A stretch of DNA of 64,000 nucleotides from a bacterium (GCA_021785355.1 JAJYFR010000001.1:135096-199095); one strand, 5' to 3'. Counted from the first letter of the stretch, positions 51,086 through 61,889 are shown. The notes: generated by a model not told the origin, from the letters alone. Translations and numbers: made by a program.

Positions 51086-53458
51086 TTATCTGAAATCTAT
51101 ATTCTTAAATTCATTTTTTAGAGTATTTTTTATTGAGGAAATTTTGTTTTTTATTTCTTCACTTTTAAATGTACCTTCAAAATTTTGAAAAATTAATTTT
51201 ATTGTTATACTAATCTGATCCTCTTTGAGAGGTTTTCCTTCATAAATATCTATAATATTAAAACTTTTTAATGCAGGATCCTTTATATGGACTAATATAT
51301 CATCCAGTACTAAATTCTTATTATACGTTATATTTATATCTTCAACTATTTCAGGATATTTAGAATATTTTATATATATAAATTTATCCGATATATATGG
51401 TATTATTTCATTTATATTTATTAATAATATACTTAAATTTCCATTTATATTGAAATTTTCTTTTACTTCTGGGTGTATATTTATAATATCACCTATCTTA
51501 TTATCATTTATTATTATTTCTGCACTTTGTTTTTGAACACCATATTTTTTACTAGTACCCTTTTTAAAAGTAATACTTTCATTAATATTTAAGTATTCAC
51601 ATAGATTTGTAAATATTCCTTTAATCTCAAAAAATGTATCATTCTTTTTATTCTTTGAGTATTTAGATACGCATAAGAATAAATCTTCTTTTGGTAACTC
51701 TTCTTCTGATCTTAGGTATACATTTGCTATTTCAAATAAACTAAAATTATCAGAATTTTTTGTATTTAAAGCTACAGTATTTAACATTGAAGGTACTAGA
51801 GTTTCTCTTAAATGAGTAAAGTCTTCAGATAAAGGATTAATTATTTTAATAGCATTTGTAATGTCTATATTAGATTTTCTAGCTAAATCCTTACTGATAA
51901 AAGAATAAGTCTTAATTTCATAACTTGATTGAGATACTAAGATCTTCTTTATCTCTAGTTCTGTATCATATATTATATTTCTTTTTATCTTACTTGATTC
52001 ATATATAGGATTTTCTTCAGGGATTTTGTCATATCCATATATTCTGCCTATTTCTTCTATTATATCTACATCTTCTTTTATATCTTTTCTTTGAGGAGGT
52101 ATATCTATTTGTAATAAATTATTTTCACTAGATACTTTAAAGTCTAACCTTTTTAATATATCTATAATATTTTCTGTAGATATTTTTATTCCTAATATTT
52201 TATAGATTCTTTCTTCTGATAGAGATATTTTAATATTTGTATTAGATGCTCTTTGTATATCTGTTATATTTGAATCAATCTTTCCGTAGTTAAGATTTTG
52301 TATCATATCTATTGCAAGAAGAATTCCTTGTAGTGCAAAATGTTCTGGAATACCCTTTTCATATCTTAAAGAAGCTTCAGTTCTAAGGTTTACTTGTTTA
52401 GAGCTCTTTCTAATCAATATAGGGTTAAATATAGCGCTTTCTAAAAGTATAGATTTTGTATTATTGTCAATTTCTGAATCTTCTCCTCCCATTACACCTG
52501 CTATCCCTAAGCCTTTTTCTTCATTTGCAATAAGATAATTATTTTCATTAAGCTTTCTTTCTTTTGAATCAAGTGTTTTTATAATTTCTCCATTTTTTGC
52601 TTTTCTTACTATTATATGAGGATTTTTACCATCAGATATTTTATCAAGATCAAATGCATGAAGAGGTTGCCCAATTTCGGTCATAACATAATTAGTTATA
52701 TCAACTATATTATTTATACTTTTTATTCCAATTTTTCTTAATTCTTCTTTTAGCCAAACTGGAGATTTTCCTATTTTTATATCCTTTATTATAATAGCTA
52801 TATATCTAGTACAGAATTCATCATCTAAAGTTATTTGTATATTATCCTCAATTGGATTTTTTATAGGGTTTAAAGATATATTCTTGAAATCTTCTTTTTG
52901 AATAGCTGCAAATTCTCTTGCAATTCCAATATGAGAGAATAAATCTGTTCTATTAGAGATTACTTTATTATCTATATCTATTATAGTATCTGATATATAT
53001 TTACTTAATTTTTCGCCTATTCGATCTTTATATTCGTCCCCAAGATCCATAATTCCTTCATGATCATCACTTAATTCTAATTCTTTTTCAGAACATAGCA
53101 TACCATTAGACATTACACCTCTTAGTTCTGATGATTTTATTTTTGTACCATTTGGAAGTATACCTTCATCTAAAATAACAGGACAAATCATTCCTATATA
53201 TATATTAGATGCTCCTGTGACTATAACAAGGCTTTTTTCTTTTATTGTTACATTTACTATTTGTAATTTGTCTGCATTAGGGTGTTTTTCTATTTTTGTT
53301 ATTTTTCCTATGTATATATCTGATAAATTCTTTCCATAATGTATTATATTATCTATATCTACAGATTGTATTGCAAATTTATCTAATAATATTCCTAATT
53401 CTTTTTTATCTTTAGGTATTTTTGTGTATTTTTTTAATCTATTTATTGATATCTTCAT
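51086..53458 (-). CDS. pheT: Phenylalanyl-tRNA synthetase beta subunit
   Basis: HPNADKL, GMLCSEKEL, NNIVDITNYV, DIIEEIGRIYGY. Confidence 0.98.
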   Translation of the reverse strand: MKISINRLKKYTKIPKDKKELGILLDKFAIQSVDIDNIIHYGKNLSDIYIGKITKIEKHPNADKLQIVNVTIKEKSLVIVTGASNIYIGMICPVILDEGILPNGTKIKSSELRGVMSNGMLCSEKELELSDDHEGIMDLGDEYKDRIGEKLSKYISDTIIDIDNKVISNRTDLFSHIGIAREFAAIQKEDFKNISLNPIKNPIEDNIQITLDDEFCTRYIAIIIKDIKIGKSPVWLKEELRKIGIKSINNIVDITNYVMTEIGQPLHAFDLDKISDGKNPHIIVRKAKNGEIIKTLDSKERKLNENNYLIANEEKGLGIAGVMGGEDSEIDNNTKSILLESAIFNPILIRKSSKQVNLRTEASLRYEKGIPEHFALQGILLAIDMIQNLNYGKIDSNITDIQRASNTNIKISLSEERIYKILGIKISTENIIDILKRLDFKVSSENNLLQIDIPPQRKDIKEDVDIIEEIGRIYGYDKIPEENPIYESSKIKRNIIYDTELEIKKILVSQSSYEIKTYSFISKDLARKSNIDITNAIKIINPLSEDFTHLRETLVPSMLNTVALNTKNSDNFSLFEIANVYLRSEEELPKEDLFLCVSKYSKNKKNDTFFEIKGIFTNLCEYLNINESITFKKGTSKKYGVQKQSAEIIINDNKIGDIINIHPEVKENFNINGNLSILLININEIIPYISDKFIYIKYSKYPEIVEDINITYNKNLVLDDILVHIKDPALKSFNIIDIYEGKPLKEDQISITIKLIFQNFEGTFKSEEIKNKISSIKNTLKNEFKNIDFR

Positions 53459-54504
53459 ATTTTTTTGAATTGTGATAGAAATCTTAAATCATTTTCATAG
53501 AACAACCTAGTATCGTCAATCATATTTTTTACCATAACTAACCTTTCTGGTCCTCCTCCAAATGCAAAACCCTGATATTCTTGAGGGTCTATATTTACAT
53601 TTCTTAAAACTTGAGGATGAATCATACCTGCTCCCATGAGTTCTATCCATCCTTTATTACTACAAACTCTACATCCTACCCCATTACATAGAAGACATGT
53701 TGCATCTATTTCAAAACTAGGCTCTGTATATGGGAAAAAAGAATGTCTTAAGCGTAATTCTATTTTTTCATTATTAAATATATTTTTCAAAGATGTTGTA
53801 AGTATATTTTTTAAATCTTTGATATTAGTAGTTTTATCTATTACTAAACCTTCAAATTGGTAAAACATGAATGTATGTCTTTGATCCTGATTCTCATTTC
53901 TATATACTCTTCCAGGAGCAATAATTCTAATAGGAGGTTTCTCAGAAAGCATAGTTCTTATTTGAACTGAAGATGTATGTGTTCTAGGTAGTATATGGTT
54001 TTCTTTGATATAGAATGTATCTTGCATATCTCTTGCAGGATGATTAATATCTAAATTTAGAGATTGAAAACAAAACCAATCAGTTTCAATCTCGGGTCCA
54101 GAGGCTACAGAAAAACCAAAATATTCAAAAGTTTTAACAATTTTATCTATCATCTGACTAATAGGATGTATAGATCCTATATTATTAGATATACCAGGCA
54201 TAGTTACATCTATAGTTTTTAGAAGTTCTTTATTTACAAGTTCTTTTTTTAAAAGTGTTTCTTTTTCGAAGAGTTTATCTGTGATTTCTTTTTTTACTTT
54301 ATTGGAAAATTCTCCTAGAGTTTTCTTATCTTGAATATTATAATTTCTTATTTCACTCAATAGTAAAGATAATTCTTTGTCTTTACCAAATACAGAGTTA
54401 TATATTTTTTTTAGAGTCTCTATATTGTCAGAAGTTTGTATTTTTTTTAAAGAATCTTTTCTTATTAATTCTATTTTATCTATTAAATCGTTAATGTCAT
54501 ACAT
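53455..54504 (-). CDS. pheS: Phenylalanyl-tRNA synthetase alpha subunit
   Basis: HPARDMQDTFY, RTHTSSVQ, FFPYTEPS, GFAFG. Confidence 0.98.
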   Translation of the reverse strand: MYDINDLIDKIELIRKDSLKKIQTSDNIETLKKIYNSVFGKDKELSLLLSEIRNYNIQDKKTLGEFSNKVKKEITDKLFEKETLLKKELVNKELLKTIDVTMPGISNNIGSIHPISQMIDKIVKTFEYFGFSVASGPEIETDWFCFQSLNLDINHPARDMQDTFYIKENHILPRTHTSSVQIRTMLSEKPPIRIIAPGRVYRNENQDQRHTFMFYQFEGLVIDKTTNIKDLKNILTTSLKNIFNNEKIELRLRHSFFPYTEPSFEIDATCLLCNGVGCRVCSNKGWIELMGAGMIHPQVLRNVNIDPQEYQGFAFGGGPERLVMVKNMIDDTRLFYENDLRFLSQFKKI

Positions 54505-54853
54505 TCTCTTTTGATTTGACTTCGTTTACTATTTTATCAAATACATTTTTGTCTTCTGTTGCAAAATATGCCATCACTTTTCTGTTTAAAAGAAGGTTAT
54601 TATCTTTTTGTAATTTCTGTAATTTTGAGTAAGATATTCCTGTGTCTTTTAATGCAGCAGATATTCTAGTAATCCATAAAGTTTTAAAGATATTTTTTTT
54701 CTTTTTTCTTCCATTGTACGAATATTCTCCTGCATGAAGAATAGCTTCTTTAGAAACTTTGATTAAGTTTCCTTTTGTCATTCTATAACCTTTGGTTAAT
54801 TCATGCACTTTTTTATGCTTTTGATGTTTTGTATATCCTTTTTTTATTCTCAT
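54497..54853 (-). CDS. rplT: 50S ribosomal protein L20
   Basis: KGY, LWITRISAA, SYS, LNRKV. Confidence 0.96.
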   Translation of the reverse strand: MRIKKGYTKHQKHKKVHELTKGYRMTKGNLIKVSKEAILHAGEYSYNGRKKKKNIFKTLWITRISAALKDTGISYSKLQKLQKDNNLLLNRKVMAYFATEDKNVFDKIVNEVKSKENV

Positions 54854-54856
54854 AAT

Positions 54857-55039
54857 TTATTTTAAGTCTTTAAATATTTTAGTATTACCACCTAAAACTT
54901 GTATGCCTTTTATTCTGCTCTTTCGATTACTTCTTCTCTTAGACATAAAATGAGATACTCCTTTTATACTATGAAGGATTTTATTATTTTTAGTCTTTCT
55001 AAATCTTTTAACTAATATTTTTTTTGTTTTTATTTTCAT
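54857..55039 (-). CDS. rpmI: 50S ribosomal protein L35
   Basis: KIKTKK...KRF..T; between infC and rplT. Confidence 0.9.
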   Translation of the reverse strand: MKIKTKKILVKRFRKTKNNKILHSIKGVSHFMSKRRSNRKSRIKGIQVLGGNTKIFKDLK

Positions 55040-55041
55040 AA

Positions 55042-55560
55042 TTATTTTGTTGGTTGTAGTAATGTTAAAATTGTCTTTCCTTCTCTTTTAGGTTCAAATT
55101 CTGGTGATCCAGATTCTGCTGTATCTTGTACTATTCGTGCCATTAAATTATCAGCATTATCAAAAGCTGTCCTTCCTGTTATCCTTATTACTACCTTAAC
55201 TCTATGTTTTTCATCTAAGAATTCTTTTATTCTTTTTACTTTATTATTATAGTCTCCTATACCTATAAATGGCTTAAATCTAATCTCTTTTATCTCCTTA
55301 TTCTTAGTTTTTTTATTTAAACCTCTTTCTTTCTTACTCTGTTCGTATTTATACTTAGAGTAAGACATTATTTTGCATACTGGAGGGTCTGTATTAGGAG
55401 ATATTTCAATTAAATCTAATTCTTTCTCTTTTGCTATTGAAATCGCTTCTTTGGTTTCAATTATACCTATAAATGTGCCATCTTCATCGATTAAACGTAC
55501 TTTCGGAGCTCTTATATAATCGTTATATCTTATTAAATTGTTTCTTATATTTTTTATAAT
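55042..55560 (-). CDS. infC: Translation initiation factor IF-3 with AUU start
   Basis: Frame is open 64 codons upstream of the tracked ATG (NDYIRAPKVRLID...LDLIEISPNTDPPVCKI); ATT at 55560 with AGGAGG 9 nt upstream. Confidence 0.93.
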   Translation of the reverse strand: MIKNIRNNLIRYNDYIRAPKVRLIDEDGTFIGIIETKEAISIAKEKELDLIEISPNTDPPVCKIMSYSKYKYEQSKKERGLNKKTKNKEIKEIRFKPFIGIGDYNNKVKRIKEFLDEKHRVKVVIRITGRTAFDNADNLMARIVQDTAESGSPEFEPKREGKTILTLLQPTK

Positions 55561-55751
55561 AAAATAACCCCTCCTGGTTAGATAATTAATTTAATCTAGT
55601 ACTGGTATAATATCAAAGATTATTGGCTTTGTAAAGAATTTATACATATAAATTATAAAATAGACCTTCTGTGTAAATCTTATATAGCTAGAATAAATGG
55701 TCTGATAAAATTTTTTTGTATTCATTAAGTTGCAAAGACTTTTTATCAGAT

Positions 55752-56366
55752 CTATTCTATTTCTAAATTGAGGCTTTCTTTAGGTTTTTTATTCTTTCTT
55801 AAAAATTTTATATTATTATTTATAAAATTGTTAAATTCTTTTGTTTTTATTGATTTTAGAACTAATTCTTCTCCAAAAAGTTTATCAATATCCTTTGTTT
55901 CTTCTACTATTATTTCTAATTGTATTTTATTTTTATTTTCATAAATAATAATTTTAGTAAAGATCTCATTATTTAATGTTTCTGTTGTAATATTTATAAT
56001 ATTTTTATTATTATTTAAACTTATATATGTATATATTGGTACTGAATTAAAATCAGATGTTCTGGCTTTTAGAACATAGTAATTTTTGTAATTAGAATTA
56101 ATCTTATTTTCTGTATATATATCATTATCTAAATATATAAAATTTTTTAGATATATAGATATAATTGAGTGCATTGATATAATTATTTTTTTTATATGTT
56201 CGAAATCATCCTCTAAATTTTTTGTAGATGAAAGTTTTTCAACAAGATTGTTTTTTATAGTATTAAGAATAATATTTAATATTTCTTGATCTTTTCCTTT
56301 AAAAATAGTTGGAATTTCAATTTTAGAAAGTATTTTAAGATATATACTTACTTCATTTTTATTCAT
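55752..56366 (-). CDS. Hypothetical protein
   Basis: Open frame of about 204 aa; ATG at 56366 overlaps the upstream stop (ATGAATAA); no recognisable motif. Confidence 0.6.
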   Translation of the reverse strand: MNKNEVSIYLKILSKIEIPTIFKGKDQEILNIILNTIKNNLVEKLSSTKNLEDDFEHIKKIIISMHSIISIYLKNFIYLDNDIYTENKINSNYKNYYVLKARTSDFNSVPIYTYISLNNNKNIINITTETLNNEIFTKIIIYENKNKIQLEIIVEETKDIDKLFGEELVLKSIKTKEFNNFINNNIKFLRKNKKPKESLNLEIE

Positions 56367-56787
56367 AGAATTTTTGCTCCATATCATCAATATAATATTC
56401 AAAATCTTTATTTTTTATTTGAGATATTTCTGATAGTGTATCAGTTCCTATATGTCTAAAAAAATTTTCTAATGGAGTTATTTTTATCTTTTTCTCAAGT
56501 AATATATGATATCCACTTCTTTGTTTTTTTTCTATTTCAAAAGTTATTATACCTTTTTTATTTTTAAGTATTATTTTTAGATTAGGATATAAATTCATAT
56601 ATGCTTTATATAGTTTATCTAAGAAAAATATATGATCTTTCCTAATTATTTTTTTTTGAGAATATCTGTTATTCAATATATTATTAAGCATTAATATATT
56701 AGAATTCATATCTAAATGCTTAAATTTTTTAGTGGAACTAACAAGAAATGATTCTACTTCATTTTGGAATTTTAAATTGTTATGCAT
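56359..56787 (-). CDS. Hypothetical protein
   Basis: 142 aa; preceded by TTGTAA-17-TATAAT-6-ATG. Confidence 0.6.
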   Translation of the reverse strand: MHNNLKFQNEVESFLVSSTKKFKHLDMNSNILMLNNILNNRYSQKKIIRKDHIFFLDKLYKAYMNLYPNLKIILKNKKGIITFEIEKKQRSGYHILLEKKIKITPLENFFRHIGTDTLSEISQIKNKDFEYYIDDMEQKFYE

Positions 56788-56828
56788 GAATCTATTATAT
56801 ATATAGATTTTTGTTATTACAACATATT

Positions 56829-58646
56829 TTATATCTTATTCTCTTCTATAATTTTCTGTAAAGCTTTCATGTCTAAAGTCTTTGGATGATCAAAATCTTC
56901 TCTCCAATTTATGCTTAAAGAGGTGAATTGATCATTAATTATATTTGAAACTTCTCTTTCTCCAATTATTATTTTACCAGGTATTTTTTCTATTGCAGCA
57001 CTTCTTATTTTTTTAGACAAACTTTCGTCTCTTTTATCTACATCCACTCTTCCTCCTAAATCTCTAACGATTTTTTCTAAATCCAAAGCATGATTGAGAT
57101 ATTTTTCAGATACGGGAATAATTCTAAATTGTATAGGAGAAAATTTTAATGGAAAGTTTCCTCCAGTTTGTTCTAAAAAGAAAGCAATGAATCTCTCATA
57201 TGAACCCAATATAGATCTATGTATAACTATAGGGGTCTCTTTTTCCCCATTTTGATTAATAAAAGTAAGGCTCATCCTTTTAGGTTGAAGTATATCTATT
57301 TGTATAGTTGCAATAGTATCTTCTTTTCCAAAAATGTTTTTTATTTGGACATCTAATTTAGGTCCATAAAAAGCTGCCTCCCCTATTCCTACTGTATAAT
57401 TATTCTTACTTTTTTTTAAGCTATTTTGTATCTTTTCTGTTGCATATTGCCACATTTCTTTTTCTCCTTCATATTTATCCTTATCAAAATCAGGTAAAGA
57501 AAGTCTATACCAGTAACCTTTTATGTTAAGTTCTGAATATACTTCTTTAAAAAGGGATAAAACTTTCAAGAACTCTGATTCAAGCTCATCTTTGGGAGTA
57601 TATATATGTGCATCATTTTGAGTTATTGGACCTCTTATTCTAATAAGTCCAGTTAAGGTACCTGATCTTTCATATCTGTATACCGCAGCTGCTTCTGCAA
57701 GTTTTAATGGTAAATCTCTATAACTTTGAGTTATTTTTTTATATACCATATGATGATGAGGACAGCTCATTGGTTTTATATAGAATATATTACCTTCTTT
57801 ATCTTTAAATGAATACATGTCTTCACTATAATGAGTTGCATGTCCCGATTCTTCATAAAGTAAAGCTTGTGTAATATGAGGTGTTGCTATATATTTATAA
57901 CCCAATCTTTCTTCTTTTTTTCTCATATACTCTATAAGTAGATGTTTGATAGTTTCTCCTGAAGGAAGAAGTATAGGAAGTCCTTGTCCTATATTTTCGG
58001 AGAGTAAAAATATCCCAAGTTTCTCACCTATATTTCTATGATCTCTTTCTTTTGCCTCTTCTCTTTCTTTTAGATAATTTTCAAGTTCATCGAAAGTTTC
58101 AAAGCATGCTGCATAGATTCTAGTTAACATTGGGTTTTTCTCATCTCCCCTGAAATATGCACCAGCAATAGAAGTTAATTTAAATGGACCTATGTTTTTA
58201 AAAGAGTCTACATGTCCTCCCCTACATAGATTTATAAATTCTCCAGATTTATAAAAAGTTACAATGTCAGTCTCATTTTTTTTATTATTATTATCCATTT
58301 CTTCTTTTATCGTGCTACCTTTTTCTTTTATATCTTTGAGCAGTGATAAAGAATATATCTCATCTTCTTTTTTTAAAAATTTTTCTGCATCTTCAATACT
58401 CATTTCTATTTTTTCAAATGTATAGTCCTTTTTTTGAAGTTCCTTCATTTTGTTTTCTATTCGTACTAAATCATCTTCTTGAATTTTTATATCTCCAAAA
58501 TCATAATAAAATCCATCATCTATTGCAGGTCCTATTGCAAGTTTGGCATTAGGGAATAGAGTTTTTACTGCATATGCAAGTAGATGAGCTCCTGAATGTC
58601 TCATTTCTTTTAATTTATCTAAATTTTGCAATTCTTTGTTTTTCAT
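56829..58646 (-). CDS. thrS: Threonyl-tRNA synthetase (no N-terminal TGS domain)
   Basis: RHSGAHLLA, LCRGGH, RDHR, KPMSCPHH, AAFYGPKLD, GSYERF. Confidence 0.98.
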   Translation of the reverse strand: MKNKELQNLDKLKEMRHSGAHLLAYAVKTLFPNAKLAIGPAIDDGFYYDFGDIKIQEDDLVRIENKMKELQKKDYTFEKIEMSIEDAEKFLKKEDEIYSLSLLKDIKEKGSTIKEEMDNNNKKNETDIVTFYKSGEFINLCRGGHVDSFKNIGPFKLTSIAGAYFRGDEKNPMLTRIYAACFETFDELENYLKEREEAKERDHRNIGEKLGIFLLSENIGQGLPILLPSGETIKHLLIEYMRKKEERLGYKYIATPHITQALLYEESGHATHYSEDMYSFKDKEGNIFYIKPMSCPHHHMVYKKITQSYRDLPLKLAEAAAVYRYERSGTLTGLIRIRGPITQNDAHIYTPKDELESEFLKVLSLFKEVYSELNIKGYWYRLSLPDFDKDKYEGEKEMWQYATEKIQNSLKKSKNNYTVGIGEAAFYGPKLDVQIKNIFGKEDTIATIQIDILQPKRMSLTFINQNGEKETPIVIHRSILGSYERFIAFFLEQTGGNFPLKFSPIQFRIIPVSEKYLNHALDLEKIVRDLGGRVDVDKRDESLSKKIRSAAIEKIPGKIIIGEREVSNIINDQFTSLSINWREDFDHPKTLDMKALQKIIEENKI

Positions 58647-59235
58647 ATCTTTTATATATTATATACAGTGTAGCTATAATTATTAATATTATTGATGAAT
58701 ATGTAATGTTTTTCAATACAGATTCTAATAATTGTAAATTTCTTCCCAAAATAAATCCTAATGTTCCATACAATGATGCCCATACTATAGATCCAGATAT
58801 ATTGTATATAAAAAACTTTTTATATTCAATTTTATGTATACCTGCAGTTATAGGTATAAACATTCTTAAAACAGATAGAAATCTTCCTATAAAAACTGTT
58901 TTGAATCCATATTTATCAAAGAATTTTTTTGTATAATCAACATATTTAATATTTGTTTTTAATATTTTGGAAAGAAATTTAATAAAAGAGATTCCATATT
59001 TCTCTCCAATCAAATATCCTAAATTATCTCCTAATGATCCTGATATAACAGCAGTAAGGATGACTAAAAATATATTTAATTTATTGGGATATAAAGATGC
59101 ATATACTGCACCAAAAGCTAGAGATGTTTCTCCAGGAAGAGGTATTCCTAAACATTCTAGTAATATAAATAATCCTATTATAAAGTAACCATAATGGTTT
59201 ATGAGATTAAATATAAAAAGTATAGATGAGTTCAT
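58615..59235 (-). CDS. DedA family membrane protein
   Basis: LECLGIPLPGET, GDNLGY..G, FIGRF...LR. Confidence 0.94.
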   Translation of the reverse strand: MNSSILFIFNLINHYGYFIIGLFILLECLGIPLPGETSLAFGAVYASLYPNKLNIFLVILTAVISGSLGDNLGYLIGEKYGISFIKFLSKILKTNIKYVDYTKKFFDKYGFKTVFIGRFLSVLRMFIPITAGIHKIEYKKFFIYNISGSIVWASLYGTLGFILGRNLQLLESVLKNITYSSIILIIIATLYIIYKRYEKQRIAKFR

Positions 59236-59255
59236 TTTTTTATTGTTAAATTAAT

Positions 59256-59329
59256 TGGGTCCGGCTGGAATTGAACCAGTGACCTCAACAATGTCAATGT
59301 TGCGCTCTAACCAACTGAGCTACGAACCC
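59256..59329 (-). tRNA. tRNA-Val(GAC)
   Basis: GGGTTCGTAGCTCAGTTGGTTAGAGC..CAACA-TTGACAT-TGTTG..GGTTCAATTCC..CGGACCCA. Confidence 0.97.
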
Positions 59330-59330
59330 A

Positions 59331-59906
59331 TTACTTTATTATTTTATCTATAATTCCATATTCTAAAGCTTCTTTGGGTGTCATCCAAAAATCTCTGTCT
59401 ACATCTTTTTCTATTTTGGATTTTTTTTGACCTGTATTTTTAGCAAGTATAGTATTTAGATTATCTCTGATATTTAATATTCTTCTTGCTGTAATCTCTA
59501 TATCACTAGCTTGTCCTTCTGTACCTCCGGATGGTTGATGTATTAATATTGATGAATTTGGTAAAGAATATCTCTTTCCTTTTGCTCCTGATGAGAGTAA
59601 AAATGCCCCCATTGAAGCTGATAACCCCATTGATATAGTAGACACATCACAAGATATATGGTTCATTGTGTCGTATATAGCCATTCCTGCATCAACAGAT
59701 CCTCCAGGAGAGTTTATATATAAAGATATATCTTTTTGTGAATCTTCTTTTTGTAAGAATAATAATTCTGCAATTATAAGGTTAGCAATTTCATCTTCTA
59801 CCTGACCTCCTAAGAATATGATTCTTTCTTCAAGTAATCTTGAATATATATCATATACTCTTTCTCCTCTTGCAGTCTTTTCTATTATTGTAGGTATTAT
59901 TGTCAT
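59331..59906 (-). CDS. clpP: ATP-dependent Clp protease proteolytic subunit
   Basis: [30 protein letters not shown]. Confidence 0.99.
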   Translation of the reverse strand: MTIIPTIIEKTARGERVYDIYSRLLEERIIFLGGQVEDEIANLIIAELLFLQKEDSQKDISLYINSPGGSVDAGMAIYDTMNHISCDVSTISMGLSASMGAFLLSSGAKGKRYSLPNSSILIHQPSGGTEGQASDIEITARRILNIRDNLNTILAKNTGQKKSKIEKDVDRDFWMTPKEALEYGIIDKIIK

Positions 59907-60844
59907 GATTGTTTCTTAACTAATTCAACAACTTCTTTTAAACTTTTATAATATCTAATATTATAGATAAATTCATCTGCGTTCAATTTTTTTAAATCAT
60001 CCTCATTCATAGTTTTTAATTGATCATCTATATCTTTTTGATTCACTTCAATCTTATTTTGTTCTGCAAAATTTTCAGTAAATACATCTAGTTTTAATTG
60101 ATCCATCAATTCTTTCTCTAAGTCTTTTATAACTTTTTCTTTTGTTGTATTAACTTGTTTTAAATATTCATCTAAGGATAATTCTAAATTTTTAGAAAAT
60201 TCTTCAAGATTTTTTAAAGATTTACTTACATGTTCTTTTATCATATATTCAGGAATATCTTCCTTATTTAGTTGTAATGTATTTAATATCTCTTCTATAA
60301 TTAAGCTTTCATATATATTATCAGTATATTTATCTTTATTATTTTTTAAATCTTCAAGTATTTTTTTGTTTTCTTGAGATTCATATTTTTTCTCTTCTTC
60401 TATATATTTTTCTTCAGCTTTTTTCTTAGAAACTTTTATTTTAGAAATATCTATACTATCTATTTTAGGTCTTGTATAACATAATACATTAATTTTTATA
60501 TCTTCTTTATTCCCTATTTCTTCCAAGAAATCTTTTTCAAAATATATTCTTAATGGATTTATCTTTTCTTCGTATATATATTCTATTACTTTGTTTTGCA
60601 CATCTTTATACGCTTCTTCTTTTATATGTTCTTCAAAATTTGAGAATACAAGCTCTTTAGGTGCCTTACCTTTTCTAAAACCTTTAATTTCTTTTACTTT
60701 AATAAATTCTTCAGTTACATTATCTAATGATTTTTCTACGAGATTGGAGTTTATATTTAAAGATATAGTCAATTTAGAACCTTTTTCTTCCTTTTTATTT
60801 ACTATTGTTATTAAATTTTCTTTTTTAGTCATAATATTCTTCAT
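59903..60844 (-). CDS. tig: Trigger factor, short form apparently lacking the PPIase domain
   Basis: GFRKGKAP ribosome-binding motif; directly upstream of clpP; start may be 60832. Confidence 0.88.
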   Translation of the reverse strand: MKNIMTKKENLITIVNKKEEKGSKLTISLNINSNLVEKSLDNVTEEFIKVKEIKGFRKGKAPKELVFSNFEEHIKEEAYKDVQNKVIEYIYEEKINPLRIYFEKDFLEEIGNKEDIKINVLCYTRPKIDSIDISKIKVSKKKAEEKYIEEEKKYESQENKKILEDLKNNKDKYTDNIYESLIIEEILNTLQLNKEDIPEYMIKEHVSKSLKNLEEFSKNLELSLDEYLKQVNTTKEKVIKDLEKELMDQLKLDVFTENFAEQNKIEVNQKDIDDQLKTMNEDDLKKLNADEFIYNIRYYKSLKEVVELVKKQS

Positions 60845-61250
60845 CTATTTTTTTCTCTATATCTTCTGGTATGTAATTATCTTCCATATCAAAAAAATCG
60901 TTATTATTAATCTCTTCATTTTCTGTATACTCATCTTGTTTAGAGATAGTTCTAGATTTTAGAGGTTTTCCGCAAATTGGACAAAATTCTGATTCTAAAA
61001 CATCCTCTTTACAGTTAGGACATTTTACCACATTTATGTCATTTACTACATCTGTATTAGATTCATCATCTTCATCTTCAATTTCTTCTATTATATCTCC
61101 AGATAATATATCTTCATCAATTTGATCAATATTAATGTCGTCATCAATATCTAATATATCAATATTATCTGGATCAATATCTTGATTAATTAAATCATTA
61201 CTTATATCAAATTCATCTTTTATATCTGAAATCTTCTTCTTTTTTTTCAT
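60825..61250 (-). CDS. Acidic zinc-ribbon protein
   Basis: D/E-rich with CPNC-x8-CPICG. Confidence 0.75.
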   Translation of the reverse strand: MKKKKKISDIKDEFDISNDLINQDIDPDNIDILDIDDDINIDQIDEDILSGDIIEEIEDEDDESNTDVVNDINVVKCPNCKEDVLESEFCPICGKPLKSRTISKQDEYTENEEINNNDFFDMEDNYIPEDIEKKIDEEYYD

Positions 61251-61271
61251 TATATGATAATATAGTAAATT

Positions 61272-61889
61272 ATGAGCAAATTATTAATATTACTTAGTGG
61301 TTCAATTATACATTCTATTGTCAAATTTTCATATATAGGAGTGTTTGTATTAATGTTGCTAGAAAGTTTTAATATACCGATTCCTTCTGAATTGGTAATG
61401 AGCTTTTCTGGCTTCCTCGCATACAAAGGTGTTGTTAATATTTATTTAATAATATTAGTTGGTACAGCTGGAAATCTTTTGGGATCAATACTGTCTTATT
61501 ATTTAGGTTATTATGGAGGTTATCCTTTGTTAGAAAAATTTGGGAAATATATACTTATAACAGATAAAGATATTAAAAGGGCTCATGTTTGGTTTCAAGA
61601 GAAAGGAGATTTTGCAGTTTTTTTTACAAGAATACTTCCTGTATTTAGAACTTTCATATCTCTTCCTGCTGGTATTGCAAAAATGGATATAAAGAAATTT
61701 ACTCTGTATACATTTTTGGGAATATTAATTTGGGATACTATTCTAGTTTATTTAGGGTATTATTTTTCATATAACTGGAAAATAATTTATACATTTATAG
61801 ATAATCTGTCTATATATTTCTTTTTGTTTTTGATTTTACTTATAGGTATTTACATTTATAGACATATTAAGAAGAAGTCTTCTCGTTGA
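61272..61889 (+). CDS. DedA family membrane protein
   Basis: LESFNIPIPSE, GNLLGS..SY, FTRILPVFRTFISLPAG. Confidence 0.95.
   Translation: MSKLLILLSGSIIHSIVKFSYIGVFVLMLLESFNIPIPSELVMSFSGFLAYKGVVNIYLIILVGTAGNLLGSILSYYLGYYGGYPLLEKFGKYILITDKDIKRAHVWFQEKGDFAVFFTRILPVFRTFISLPAGIAKMDIKKFTLYTFLGILIWDTILVYLGYYFSYNWKIIYTFIDNLSIYFFLFLILLIGIYIYRHIKKKSSR

Noticed and set aside
55042-55368. IF-3 apparently truncated to 108 aa
   Set aside because: Artefact of ATG-only calling; the N-terminal domain is in frame from ATT at 55560
56359-56402. Frameshift joining the two unknown ORFs
   Set aside because: A clean ATGAATAA start/stop overlap favours two coupled genes
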